From positions 13,084,001-13,148,000 of the forward strand of contig CM052817.1 in the NCBI GenBank assembly GCA_028534125.1: DNA of 64,000 nucleotides. The letters are read 5' to 3'. Positions 25,781 to 37,489 of the stretch are shown here, piece by piece; the first letter of the stretch is position 1; every line of letters begins with the position of its first letter. The DNA comes from Lama glama (taxonomy: Eukaryota). Both the position numbers and the translations under genes were made by a program. The notes under the pieces were generated by a model. It saw only the letters and a program-made list of their open reading frames with translations, ran no database searches and had not been told where the DNA came from.

Positions 25781-26279
25781 TGCTCCCCATAACTGGTGGT
25801 TTAGCATTCAGTTAACCACATACCAGTATTGTTTGTAATGAATTCCTATTGCAAAGCATCAACTGTGACACTGGCTGCCAGAATGTACTTTTCAGAATCA
25901 TTCTTTTTCTTCTCATTAGAAGATAAAAGGACAAATGGTGAGACATTCCTCAAAAATGTACTTCTCCATGTTGTGACTGATTCTCAACAAAAGGAAAAAG
26001 ACACTTAAATGAAGGATTTCTGTTGGATTTCTAACGACAGAGAAGAAGCATTTTCCAAAATGCTGGTATGTTGTAATGTAATGATGCGTTCTTTGGGGAG
26101 ATGGTCCATTTTTTGCACATTCATCATGGCTCTCAAACTGAGTAAGGATGAAAAGCATGTAGTACTTGCCTTGTTCTTACATCAGAAGAATTTTTTCTTT
26201 TGTCCATTTTATGCTTGTTTCCAAAGGCTTAAAATGAAAGCTTTGTTTCTGCAATAATGGCTTAGTGTAGGCTTACATT

Positions 26280-27210
26280 GTTGATCCCCTCAGTAGATGC
26301 AATGTAATCCACTTTGGTAATGTGAATTTTTAAACAATCATCGGCCTTTGCCATTAACCCTTCTCTCCTAATGATAATACTCTACAAAAACTACAAAGGA
26401 ACCCGGGCCCAGCTTAACATTAGACTTGGAGCGCACTTAGCTGAATTTGCATTTCTTATTTTAGTAGCAGTGAATTGCTGAGCATATGTTGAACTTCATC
26501 AATACCAAATGTAGAATAGGTGATTGTGAAACTAATGTTCAAGTGCAAGCATTCAAATACAAACACGGGAAACTCGGGGAAAATAATGATGAAACGAAGC
26601 AAAAGGGCTTTCCAGTCCAAAACTCCCCTTAAAGGGGCTTCGGCCGCTGTTGCTTTTTGCAATATTTTTTAACTTGACCTGTTGCTTTGCTTAGTTCATT
26701 GTAGTGCAAATGTCTCGAATAAAGCTGTACATGAGTCATTTTTTTTTTCCCTCCTCAGTTCAGGCTACTTGGATAATAGCGCACTTTGAACACAAGCATG
26801 GGAACCTATTGAATGCTTCCTGCATAAAGCCTTAGAGCTTGCCTCAGCAGCCTGACATGTTTCTTTAGGAAAGAGAAATGGTAAATTAGCTCAGGGTAAT
26901 TTTATTGCATGACATATTTCCAAACTAACTTTGAGAATGCATTTCCACTTAGTGTTTGGATTCCACTTTGGGGACTTCAGAAAGGTTTCCTGCATTTGGT
27001 TAAGTTAATATAGTTGGTGGACGGCTAAATTAAGATGTTCTTCAGGGATTTGTAGATATTTAAAGTTTTACCTAAAGGAGAGAGGACTTCACCGCTACTC
27101 GTATTGAAGCTGCAATACTGGATGCCTTCAGGGCTGTGGGTTTAATAAACAAAAGATCTGTCACTGAGCTTGGTGCGCGGTAGGGGGTAGCTGTAATTAT
27201 ATACTTTAAA
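26280..27210. promoter_or_regulatory. Candidate conserved enhancer block
   Basis: Repeat-free with many retained CpGs. TAATCC 26305, AACAAT 26333, octamer ATTTGCAT 26445-26452, TGACCT 26675, TGAGTCA 26732, CTCF-like 27177-27190. Conservation is inferred, not measured. Confidence 0.5.
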
Positions 27211-27696
27211 AGGGAAAAGACTGTTGTTATTATTTTACATTTATTGAGTGCCAACATTTTGCAATGTGCTGTACCTAATGTAGAATTAGACACAGTCCTT
27301 GCCCAATGGACTATCTATTTAAATTAGACACAATCTAAATATTTCTCTTAAGTAGTTCCTGTGTTTTCAGATTTGTCACACAGTCCATTGTTCAAGTACA
27401 GAAATATTATTGTACTTGCAAATGTTGTTTAAAACTATGACGGCTCTCAAAGACAGGTGGGAAAATGAGACGCGATGATTAGACTATAAAATCGTGCATG
27501 TTTTTGAGGTCTTTTCCTTTAACTGTTATTATAGATCTAACTTGAAATGGGAAGCAGGAGAGGTGTTAAATTTAGAAAAGGATGGATATATCCTTTTGAT
27601 TTTTACTTTGGGGAGAAAAAAATTGCAGTTTAATATTAAATGCCACCGATTTACTTAACTGAGTTTGGAGTTTTATTTATTCGTGTGTTTGTTAAA

Positions 27697-27699
27697 TTT

Positions 27700-27742
<43 letters not shown>

Positions 27743-27746
27743 TTTT
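27697..27746. repeat. (TTTA)n tetranucleotide microsatellite
   Basis: About 11 perfect TTTA units. Confidence 0.95.
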
Positions 27747-28464
27747 TGTGTGTGGTTTTTAGTTAACTGCAGTCTGAAATTCCATGAGGGCCAGCATCAC
27801 ATGGTCTAGTCCAGTGCTCACTCATTAAAAGTTGTTGAATGGGTGAAGGAAATGGGCTTGCAAATGGACTTTCATGGTAGCCATTGTTTTCTCATGACTC
27901 TCTGAGTTTAGAGCCCGAGGGGACAGTGCTACAGTGGCTTTGGACCAGCACTAAAAAAACCCAAACAACAACAAAAACGAAAACCTTCCTGGGAATACCT
28001 TCAAAGAGCCATGATTTGGAATGTCTTCCCTCTGAGGAAGATGTTTCTCATCTCTCAGCAAGGCTCAGGCATAAAGATTCAGCAGATCTTCTGGGGCAGT
28101 GAGAGTCCTCAGGGCTGTCGTGATCCCCACCAGTGATCAAAGGGCCCTTTCACACCGGATGCCTGGTTTCAAGGCGGGTTAGTCACCATATCCAGCAATC
28201 AGCGTACTGATCTGTTGTGGGACACACACAATTTCTCTTAACTCTGTTGTGAGTCAGGCTGGTATTAGGGAACATGTGCAGATAAACATACAGCAGAATA
28301 TGTCGGTTGGCCTGTTTACGAATTGGGCTTGTATATTGTGATGATTTCACACCAACGGCTGCCCCCAGCATCTTCATTCAGCTCCCTCCTGATTTCACAC
28401 AGTGCATAGCAATTCTCAGTTGCCAGATGTAGCTCTTCTCTCCGGGAGTAGAAATGAGGAGGCT

Positions 28465-28680
28465 TGATGTCACAGCAGAATCATCCAGCCATAAGTTGCA
28501 TCTCTGGCCTGCTACTTACCACCCATATAATCTAAATCCAGTTCCCTTTTCTAAGCTCTGGGCTCGTTAGATGTAAAATAGGGATAATAATGGTACTGAG
28601 CTCTTAGAATTTGTGTGACAATTAATCTAAGCTATGTACTTTGAGCCTAACCACTCTATTATTATTATTATTACTACTGT
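28465..28680 (+). mobile_element. MIR SINE
   Basis: ctctggcctgctacttacca...tgtaaaatagggataataatggtactgagctcttagaatttgtgtgacaattaa...(att)n tail. Confidence 0.65.
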
Positions 28681-28859
28681 TATAGATGATAATCTATTTA
28701 TCTTACGGTGTCATTGTCAAGTACAAAAGATCTGTTGCACATACACTCATGATTTTAATTTAAAATGCAAAATATTGGCGTTAAATGCAAGTTTATAAGC
28801 CGTTCTCATTCTGATGTGCCAGCAGTACAAAAGTGAAGTCTTCCGACCCAACTGAACCC

Positions 28860-30420
28860 TAATGCTTTCCCATTTAAGCCTTGACTTCTCACTTTCAGTC
28901 ATGGCCTCACTCTCTACTTTGGTGAGCATCTGACCCAATTTCCTGAAATGTTTCTTCTGTTTTCCTGTGGACCTTTCTCCTCCCCTCCTGTTTCAGAATA
29001 CAGAAAGTTTCTATAACATTTGAAATCAGTGATTACATCGTACCCTCATAGTCTGCTGTTGCTCCTCCAGTCTCTCCATAGTCCATCTTCTCCCCTTTTT
29101 TACTTGTTTCTCCTTTTTGATCTACTTGTGTCTACTCAGCACACGCTCTCTTCTCTCTGAATCTTGGTGGATACTGTGTTCTGAATGTTCACTTGTTTTC
29201 TGATCACCAAATCCGACGGTCTCTTTAATCACTTACCTTTCTTCCCCATCCCAGCTCTCTGTTACTCCTCTGTGCTTTTGGAAGGTAATGGAAGGTTTTT
29301 CTTCTTCTGTTTTGAGCCTCCCATCATTCCCCACCCTCCTTCACTAACCTGTAGGCCTTATATCAAATGTTACATTCTGTACGTGACGCACGGATCTGTA
29401 TATATCACACTCCAATCCGTATCTCTTGTTCTGGGCCTTTTATTTCTGACTGTGCCGACACGCCCATCTGTCTGTTTCTGAGGCGACTCCAGCCAACCAT
29501 CTCAAAGCCCAGCTTACCACCTTTCCTGTAAACTAGCTTCTCCTCGTGTTTTTCCTTTTTCTGTTAATGATCCCCAAATTCCCCTTCAATGCCCAGGCTC
29601 TAGATCACTGAGACATTTGATAACCAATTGACTGTCAAAATTCTGCTAATTCTTCCTGCATCTCTGTCCTTCAGATCTGCCACTCTCCTTGCTTTCTCTG
29701 TGCCTGGCTTGCACTATCTCTTGCCTCTGCTATTAGCAGGAAATTCCTCCCTGGCCACACCATTTCTAGTCTTCGTAGGAAATGAGAAGCCACAAAATCT
29801 AAATGCCTTCCCCAGACATTCAAGGTAATAATCCAGCAATGACCAGCTTCCAATCTAGTGGCTAGGAGACCTAAACACACAGAGATTATTCCCCGCCTCT
29901 AGGGCCCACCTAGGCTGCATAGATGAGATACTTTTCCAAGAGAATCCATGAGAAATACTGTATAACACTTATTGCCCGTGCACTGGATTGAAGTCATGAG
30001 GGAAGATTCACAAAGCGTCAAGTGCACAGGAGGATCCCCCTCTGTTCAGGCCAGTCAGATTCCAGTTTTATGTTTCCTGCTTTCCTCTCTCTTGGACCTC
30101 CCCTTCACACTTAGCCCTTTATGATTGCAGGGTCCTCTGTGTCTCTCATATTGTTCATCATTTTTCTGTCTGTTTAATCCAACCATTTTCTCACAGTCTA
30201 GGCTTACGTCTCACTTCCATGAAACTCTTCTGAAATGAAATCTTGAAGTGTTTATTTCGATAGTGATCCTATTTCTTTAAGAGTGATCATGCATTATTCT
30301 CTTTAATCATTATAGTTCATGTCTTATGCCCCAAAATAAGCTCTAGGAAAAGAAAGTCAATGTCTAAGACCCATTTTAATTCCCCGTAGTGTCTAGCACC
30401 GGGCTTCTTTATGGTCTTTG
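28860..30420 (+). mobile_element. L2 LINE (patchy, ~1.5 kb)
   Basis: Pyrimidine-rich L2-sense segments such as ttctgatcaccaaatccgacggtctcttt, ttctcctcgtgtttttcctttttctgttaatga and gtgtctagcaccgggc. Confidence 0.55.
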
Positions 30421-30549
30421 ATGAGTTTTCAGGACCACACTCACTAATGGTATTGAACATCCTGAGCTCTTTATTGCCCCTTGTCAATAGGATGTCACCT
30501 AACCATTGCTCTTAGGGACACCGTGTTTATCAGTGGATTAAATAAATAA

Positions 30550-30740
30550 GTGCCTCTTTAAAGTAGCTTCAGAGTGTGCAGAGTACTTTCATAGAAACAC
30601 GTCACTAGGTCCTCATAAAAATCCTGTGATGTAAGTACTTCTATTATTTCCATTTTGCAGATGAAAGGGCTAAATATCATGTTTGGCAGTAATACTGTCC
30701 ATGTGAATACGTAGTATGGAGATTAGAGCAGGACCCTCCC
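30550..30740 (-). mobile_element. MIR SINE
   Basis: tcctcataaaaatcctgtgatgtaagtacttctattatttccattttgcagatgaaag. Confidence 0.75.
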
Positions 30741-31689
30741 ACATAGGCCAACATACTAACAATTTAATGATCTCTGTAGAAGATTTCAGCTGAAATGTAT
30801 ATTGTGACCTTGGATTTCCAGAATATTCATTCATATCAAGGTTCTGATATCTTGCTTCTCAGGCAAGAGTAAGCTAGCCTTTTCAGTCAAATGTAGTTGA
30901 CGAGAGTAATACAGATGGAGAAGAGAGTGGATTCCGTCTTCGAATGAAGACGTTAACATTTAAAAGATTGTAAACCATTATCAGAATAAATGCCTGTATG
31001 TATACACATTCATATTTAAAGTTAACATAAAGTAAGATCTTTAGGCATATAAATTGAATGAACAAGATTCAAGAACTTTTTTTTTACATTATGACAAGTA
31101 GACAATAGATACAAGTTTAAATCTTAGTTTTTATTCTGAGGGTTTTTTTGCAACGGAAGCAGAAGGGGGAAATAATCCAGTGTATATGTAGATCCCACAG
31201 TTCAGCCAAAATAGAACTTGCCCTTAATGTTCTATGGAAAAGAAGTATTCCATGTGGGAAAGGAATATTCCAATTCAGTTAGCTATAGAACCCTGCCGTC
31301 CATAGAAAATATATCTGGCTGGACAGAGTCAAGATTATCACAGGAAATGCAGGTAGATAGAAACTTTTATAAGCTAAATTCAGTTACTATGTCACTTGAA
31401 GAATTATCGCAAATAGCGTGTTGCTATTTCCTCTTTGATCTTCCCATGTGTCTTGCACAGTGTAGTGCATATAGTGTGTGTTCAATTTGTATTTACTACA
31501 TCATTTACTTTACACCTAAAACAATGTTTTTAATTTCTAAGTTCATACCATGATCCTTTGGCGTGCTTTGGAGAACTTTTGGTTAATGACAACTAAATTT
31601 TGCAAGAGAGGGGAAGAAATAATAAAATGGGAGCAGTCGTGAGAAAGAAAAAAGACAAAGCAAATCAAAAGCACAAGACTAGTGAAATG

Positions 31690-31990
31690 GAGCTTGCTCA
31701 AAATATCTAAGATTGGCCATTCATCATGGCACAGGCAAACCAGTTTGAGGCCAAACCATGCGACATTTGAGACCCCTGCAATAGAAGACCAGGTCACCGT
31801 CTGGGCATTGACCTCGCTGGTTTGGCTATTTTCATATTCCCAGTGCATTGCGGCAATTTGGATAAACTAAAATGTTGTATTGGTGAAACGCTGCTCATTC
31901 TGACCAGGCATTTCTCTGCTTTTCTGCCACTGATATTAAAACAGAGGCAGTGATTATGAGGATATTCTTTTCCAAAGCTCATTTAAAATA
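31690..31990. promoter_or_regulatory. Candidate conserved non-coding element with inverted repeats
   Basis: Unique sequence with several CpGs, AGGTCA 31791 / TGACCT 31809, and a 13-bp stem pairing 31750-31763 with 31814-31826. Confidence 0.45.
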
Positions 31991-32092
31991 GTAGATACAT
32001 GAAACCAAAGGGCAAAAAAGCCTGCAAGTCCTCAATAAGCCTTGAAAATAGAATCAAGAATTGAAAACCCATTGGAAGGAACCCAAACAGCC

Positions 32093-32258
32093 CACCTCAC
32101 CCTCTCTCTCTCCCTCTTCCTCATCTCTCTTCTCCTTTTCTTCTCCTCTTCCCTTTCTCTTTCCTTCTCACCTTCCTGACCTCTCTTCCCTCCTCCTTCC
32201 CTCACCCCTCTGCCCCTTTCCACCCTTTCCTCCCCTCTTCCTCCATCTTATCCTTCGC
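32093..32258. repeat. Polypyrimidine/polypurine (CT-rich) low-complexity tract
   Basis: ~165 bp almost entirely C/T on the + strand. Confidence 0.9.
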
Positions 32259-35257
32259 TAAGTGCAAAGAGACACATGGGTAGGAGATGGCTTCCTAACT
32301 GCTCTCTAGTTTATCTCCCTTGTGTGTGAAGGAACAGCCCAAACTCAAGAAGATAATCTCAGAACAGTGTTTGGTAAAGAGGCATCTTACAGGACACCTT
32401 TAGTCTGCTGTCCAGCTCTGTTCCAGTGAACTGTGGCCAATGGCACAGGGTCATGAAATACAAACCCACCCCTATATATTGGAGAAGGTAGGGGTAAGGT
32501 GAGGCAGGTTTAAAAAGAAGAAGGAGAAGGAGACAAAAAGAAAAGAAAATGTCAATTTCAGCTCAGCAAATATCCTGAAAAATATGGGCTACCCCAATCA
32601 TTCGTCCAAATTACTACATTAGATTGCCAAAATGGAGCTTACCTACGTTATTTGCATTTATCCAAATATTTTGTCCTCAACTTGACCAGGGTTTGTTATT
32701 AGCCCTAATTAGAACATTAACAGTTGTAATTTTGCTAGGAAGGACATCATTTATTCTTCTTAATTCCTATATCAGATTACTCAAGTGGACTATACCTGCA
32801 TTATTTATTCTAAAGCATTGCCTTTACATAATATTTACAAGGATTTTGCCCCAAGTTTCATCAAAGTTTGTTTTAAGAAATAGCCTTAAATAGAACATTT
32901 GCAGTTTAGTAATTTTGACAAAAGGAACACCATTCCTTCTTTATGCTGATTGGTATCTCCGGTTTAAATATCAAAACAAAAAAAAATTCGTTTTTGAATT
33001 CAGAACTAGAAGAAAAAATTAGCTCCTGATGAACTGGTCTTCCTTTGTATTTGACCATAATTTTATACATATTATGTTATCAAAAATATTTGCTTCCATG
33101 CTTCCATGACAGAATAAATAAAAGAATGAAAGAATCCATCTTAGCTTTTGCTTTGCATACCAGAAACCCAGTGCTCAGTTTTGTGTGAAATGGCAGTAGC
33201 TTTTCTTACATAAGGGTTGCTGCTGTAGTCTTGCTCACCCTCATTTACTATTTTAATGTTCTTTTATGATTTTACTCTATCTATGCCCTTCAAAAATCTG
33301 TTTTGGAAGTAGCTGGCGTATGAATTGCATAAAAAAAAATAAACTGCATATTCTGACATTTACAGTTGTAAGGATAATTCCATGTTAAGGATGATTCAGT
33401 CTGAAAGTAAAGTTATTACATATATGTCTAAATATATTTTAGAATTATTTTGATCATTACGTAGCTTTTCTAGGATGCTAGTGTTTCTTGTTTTGTTGGT
33501 TTACTTCCCATCAAAACATGCATAATGACTCAGTTTGGCTAATTTTATCAAACCCATGTTTTGAAGGGTATTTAACTCTCTTGAATCCTCTCACAGGCCT
33601 TAAATTTTCTTAGTTGTACCAATTCCAATATGGAGTTCTTTACGCCCAAAAGTATAGCTCCCCATCAGGCTCATTTCAGTCTGTAAGCTTGTGTTCTTCC
33701 TGGATCTCTTTGTATTTGCATGCTTTTTTTACCACGCTCTCTCTTCTCTCTGTTTCCCAACCATTCCATTTCTGCCTTTTCTTTCAAAACCTGGGTTAGG
33801 CTTAACCTCTGTTGGTAAGACTTACTTAATGAACTCTAAGTGACTCTTATTCCACGTCTCCTTCGAATTATCTACTCAGTTTTTACTCTATTAATTCGCC
33901 CTTATTTGTATGACAAGTTGAAAGCATTCTGAAGCCTTTTTTTTTTTAAAGTACAAGAATGAGTTCTGACTCTCCATTTAGAAAATTTGCTAATTGTTTC
34001 TCAGACTGTGTCTTCTTTTCCTTTTTATATTGTCCCCGGAACACATAGTTCAATGTTCCGTGGGATAAAGGCATGTTCATTAAATGATGTTGGCTCTTAG
34101 CCGCTCAGATTAAAACATAGAATATTGATGATATCTGTCTTAACAAACATGTTTTTAGGAATGAAGGTGATAATTGTTTCCAGGAAATTTAAATTCAGAC
34201 TTAGAGAGGTGAAGTGCAGCGTGATTTTTGACGTAGCTGTACATTCAGCCATTTCTAACAACAGGTTTCTAAGCTGGTTCCTTTGTTTCTCCTCCTATTA
34301 TTCATGTTCTTTCCAGACTGATGGAGGCATATGGCTTTAATTATCAAGTATAGGCTGAGGATATGCAGAGCTGCAGCTTTTTCCTGACTTTCCTAATGAA
34401 GCTAGTTCCTAACAGCAACATTTGCCAGATTATTTTATTGTATTATGACATTAAACATGGACCAGCCGAAATCTAGCTAATTGGGAATGATACCGTTTCC
34501 CCTAACTGCTTATTTATTTTCCAGGAAACTAATTTAGTTTGGTTATAAAATGAAACCTCATAACTCAGTATACATGAGTTTGGTCATATAATATCGATAG
34601 CTAGGCTGAACAAAATCCTATAAATAAATAAACAAAACTTCTGACAAACTGTGTTTAAAAAAAAAGAATAAATGTAGCCTTATTGCTATTACTTACAGCC
34701 TTTAAGACTGGACGTAACATTGAATACTTGTTTTCCGGCCTTTTTAAAATGAATTGGCAAGCGTTATTTGTAATTAGTGAGTTAATTAAAAGCAGTTAAT
34801 TTTATTTCACTTGAAAATAGGCAAAACTCGCTCCTTATGCTTAAGTAATATGTTTCAAAACATTTTTATAGCTCAAAATTAAATATAAATGTTCCAAATG
34901 TAGCTCATAGTTATTATAGGTATCAAAACTTTAAAATTACATGAAATCATACAGCATTGGTCACCAACAGCCCACCCCTGTAATAAACATTATTTATCTT
35001 ATTTGAATTGTGGCAATCTGTTTTCTGTCAAAGAAGAATCTATGTTGCTTGTTTCATATATGTTAAATTTTTTAAAAGAGTGATAGTAGCCTGAAAGATG
35101 TTTACAAATTTGGAGCTTCAGTTTCAATCTCATGGCCACATATTAATTTTAAAAACAATTTCAACGACTACATGGAACATGATGCATTGGCTTTTAGAGC
35201 GTATTGTACATCAAAGAGTTGCAGAATGGGAGAGAGTCATCAAGATCCTAGTGAGTG

Positions 35258-35426
35258 CAGTGATAATCAAAATGTGTTCCAGGGAACCTCAAGGTTCCTT
35301 GGAACTATACCCCAGGAATTTCCAGGGAGAAGAAAGGAGGTGATGGTCATGTTGGAATGTCTACTTCAGTTCTTTTAATGCTTTTAATGCAGACGTAGAA
35401 TTCAACCCATAAATTTTGAACACTGT
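35258..35426. mobile_element. Possible hAT-Charlie relic
   Basis: Begins cagtgataatcaaaatgtgttccagggaacctcaaggttcc and ends tttgaacactg, resembling hAT TIR remnants. Confidence 0.35.
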
Positions 35427-37489
35427 GAGCCCAATAACTTCTTTTGATGAGAAGCTATCCAGACAAGTGAAGTAACTTGACAAATAGCAAATAAATATAT
35501 TTTCCTAACACATGCATTTGAACCCAGTACTGTGAACTCTTAGATAACTTCCCTTTCACTGCAAGGATAAAACCCTAACCCATAATTTTTCCTCGAACAG
35601 TCTGAGCTGGCTTAATAGTTATGTGGACAGAGCGCTTGTTTCTTATTTTCATTTGCAATAAAAATAACCAGACAGGCACTAATTATTTGCCTATGAGTGA
35701 GGTCCTTAGGGTCATAACAAATCCCACTAGTTCACATTCTTCATTACAGGGGGACAGGCTTTCCTTGGCTTACCCACCTGCTTAAGGTTTTGTCAAATTG
35801 TGTGCCTACTCTAATGTTATCATTTTTTATTTTCTCCTTTGCAATCTTTCTTTTCCTTTTCCCACTTAGGTTTTTGCTTTGTTATGTTTTGTTTTGTTTT
35901 GTTTCCACTGAAACCTTACATCGTTAGCACTGCTCTACAAACTTTCTCATCTTGCATCTCAGTGACCACAACCTTAGCAGCATTGGCTCTGCAAATCTAG
36001 CTGAGTGGTCAGTTGGCTTTGTGGTTCTTTTCTCCTCATCAGCTGTTTGGTGTATAAATTTTTCTTTTCAACTAGTTTAGAATAAATCAATATTCCAGGA
36101 AATAGCACAGCTCAAGTCAGTTGCGTCTGCCATCCTCATCTTCTCATAGAACTTGATTTCTGTTTGAGGTCTTTAAATGCCCCTGAAACATAAATGTACT
36201 TGTACAAAATGTGAATAAAAATAAGGTGTTTGGTGATAATGATGTGGTGTTAGATAAGCACTATTGTGAATTATTTTTCTTTCATAACATTGCATCAGCT
36301 TGTTTTTTGAAAAACAGGTTATTCTTTTCATTTGAGTTTTGTCATAGAGGGTAGGGAGAATGATAGTTGCTGATTCCAAAACACGTTTGAAAGGAAAAAA
36401 TAACTAATAGCTTTAATGCACTTAAAATGCATGATGTGTTATATTCATAATAACTGTATAATCCCCCCAAGATAGTTTTTTATGTTTGTCAGCATATGCT
36501 TACTGTCATTTCTCACTTTTGGTTTTGGGACTTTTTTGAATTGGGAAGGGCATTTTCCTCCTTTCTGCAGAAAAATGATGCTATGGGAGGAACATGTATA
36601 ATATTAGGATTCTAATAGATAATTATACTGACGTTAAGACATGAAATCGTGACCTTATGGATTTAAAATGATCTTCTGGATTATTTGGTCCAACTTTTGA
36701 CAAGGAAACAAAAGGCATAAAATATAGGTAAATTTGTAAAGTCTCAGAGTCAAGACTGGTTCCACTGATTAAATTAAAATTAGGTTTCCAGTTGCAGCTG
36801 TCTTTAAAGTAAGACTATAAGAAAATCGTCAAAAACAAACATAACTTGCTATAGACAGTTAAACTGCTATATGTAAGAAAATGCGCTTTTTACTGAGGAC
36901 AGACATATGTCACTGTATTGTAAACTCGTTCTTCATTTTTGCAAAAAGCACTATTAGAGTTAGTGGTTGTTTAGTTGTTACTCAGTGTCTTTTGTGACAC
37001 CAGGCATGTTTTTTAATGTGTTATTTTCAGTTAAATTCCATATGGATTTCTGTACATTCACATAAGGAACAGTATTATAGAGAAAGGAAATTATGATGAC
37101 ATAGGAAAAAAAAAGTCCTACTTGGAGACAAAAAAAAACCAAACTTGTATCAGAAGATGGCACTTTCTAGATATAAAACTAATAAATACATGTTACAGCT
37201 GTTGCCATCAAATGATACTTATTTACAAAAGCATGTTACGGGTTTGTAAGAGTAAATTAGTCAAGTAGTGGTTAGGAATAGTGCATTCATCTTGAAAAAC
37301 CAAGTGTTCTATATTAAGTTATTATAATTTAAAAATCAATTTTAATAAGTATGTTTGTTTTCAAATAGTAATTACAGTTAATTATAGCTAACATGTCCTG
37401 AATACTGTGGTGCCTGTCTCTGTACTGAGAACTTTTTATGAATTTGCTCTTCTATTTTTTCCTTATGTCAATCTTTGGTACTATATTTT

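Noticed and set aside
30690..30712. TAATACTGTC resembling the miR-200/429 5' end
   Set aside because: Match ends after 10 nt, there is no hairpin, and it lies within a MIR
32032..32261. E/R/K-rich and S/P/L-rich ORFs
   Set aside because: Translations of the CT-rich low-complexity tract
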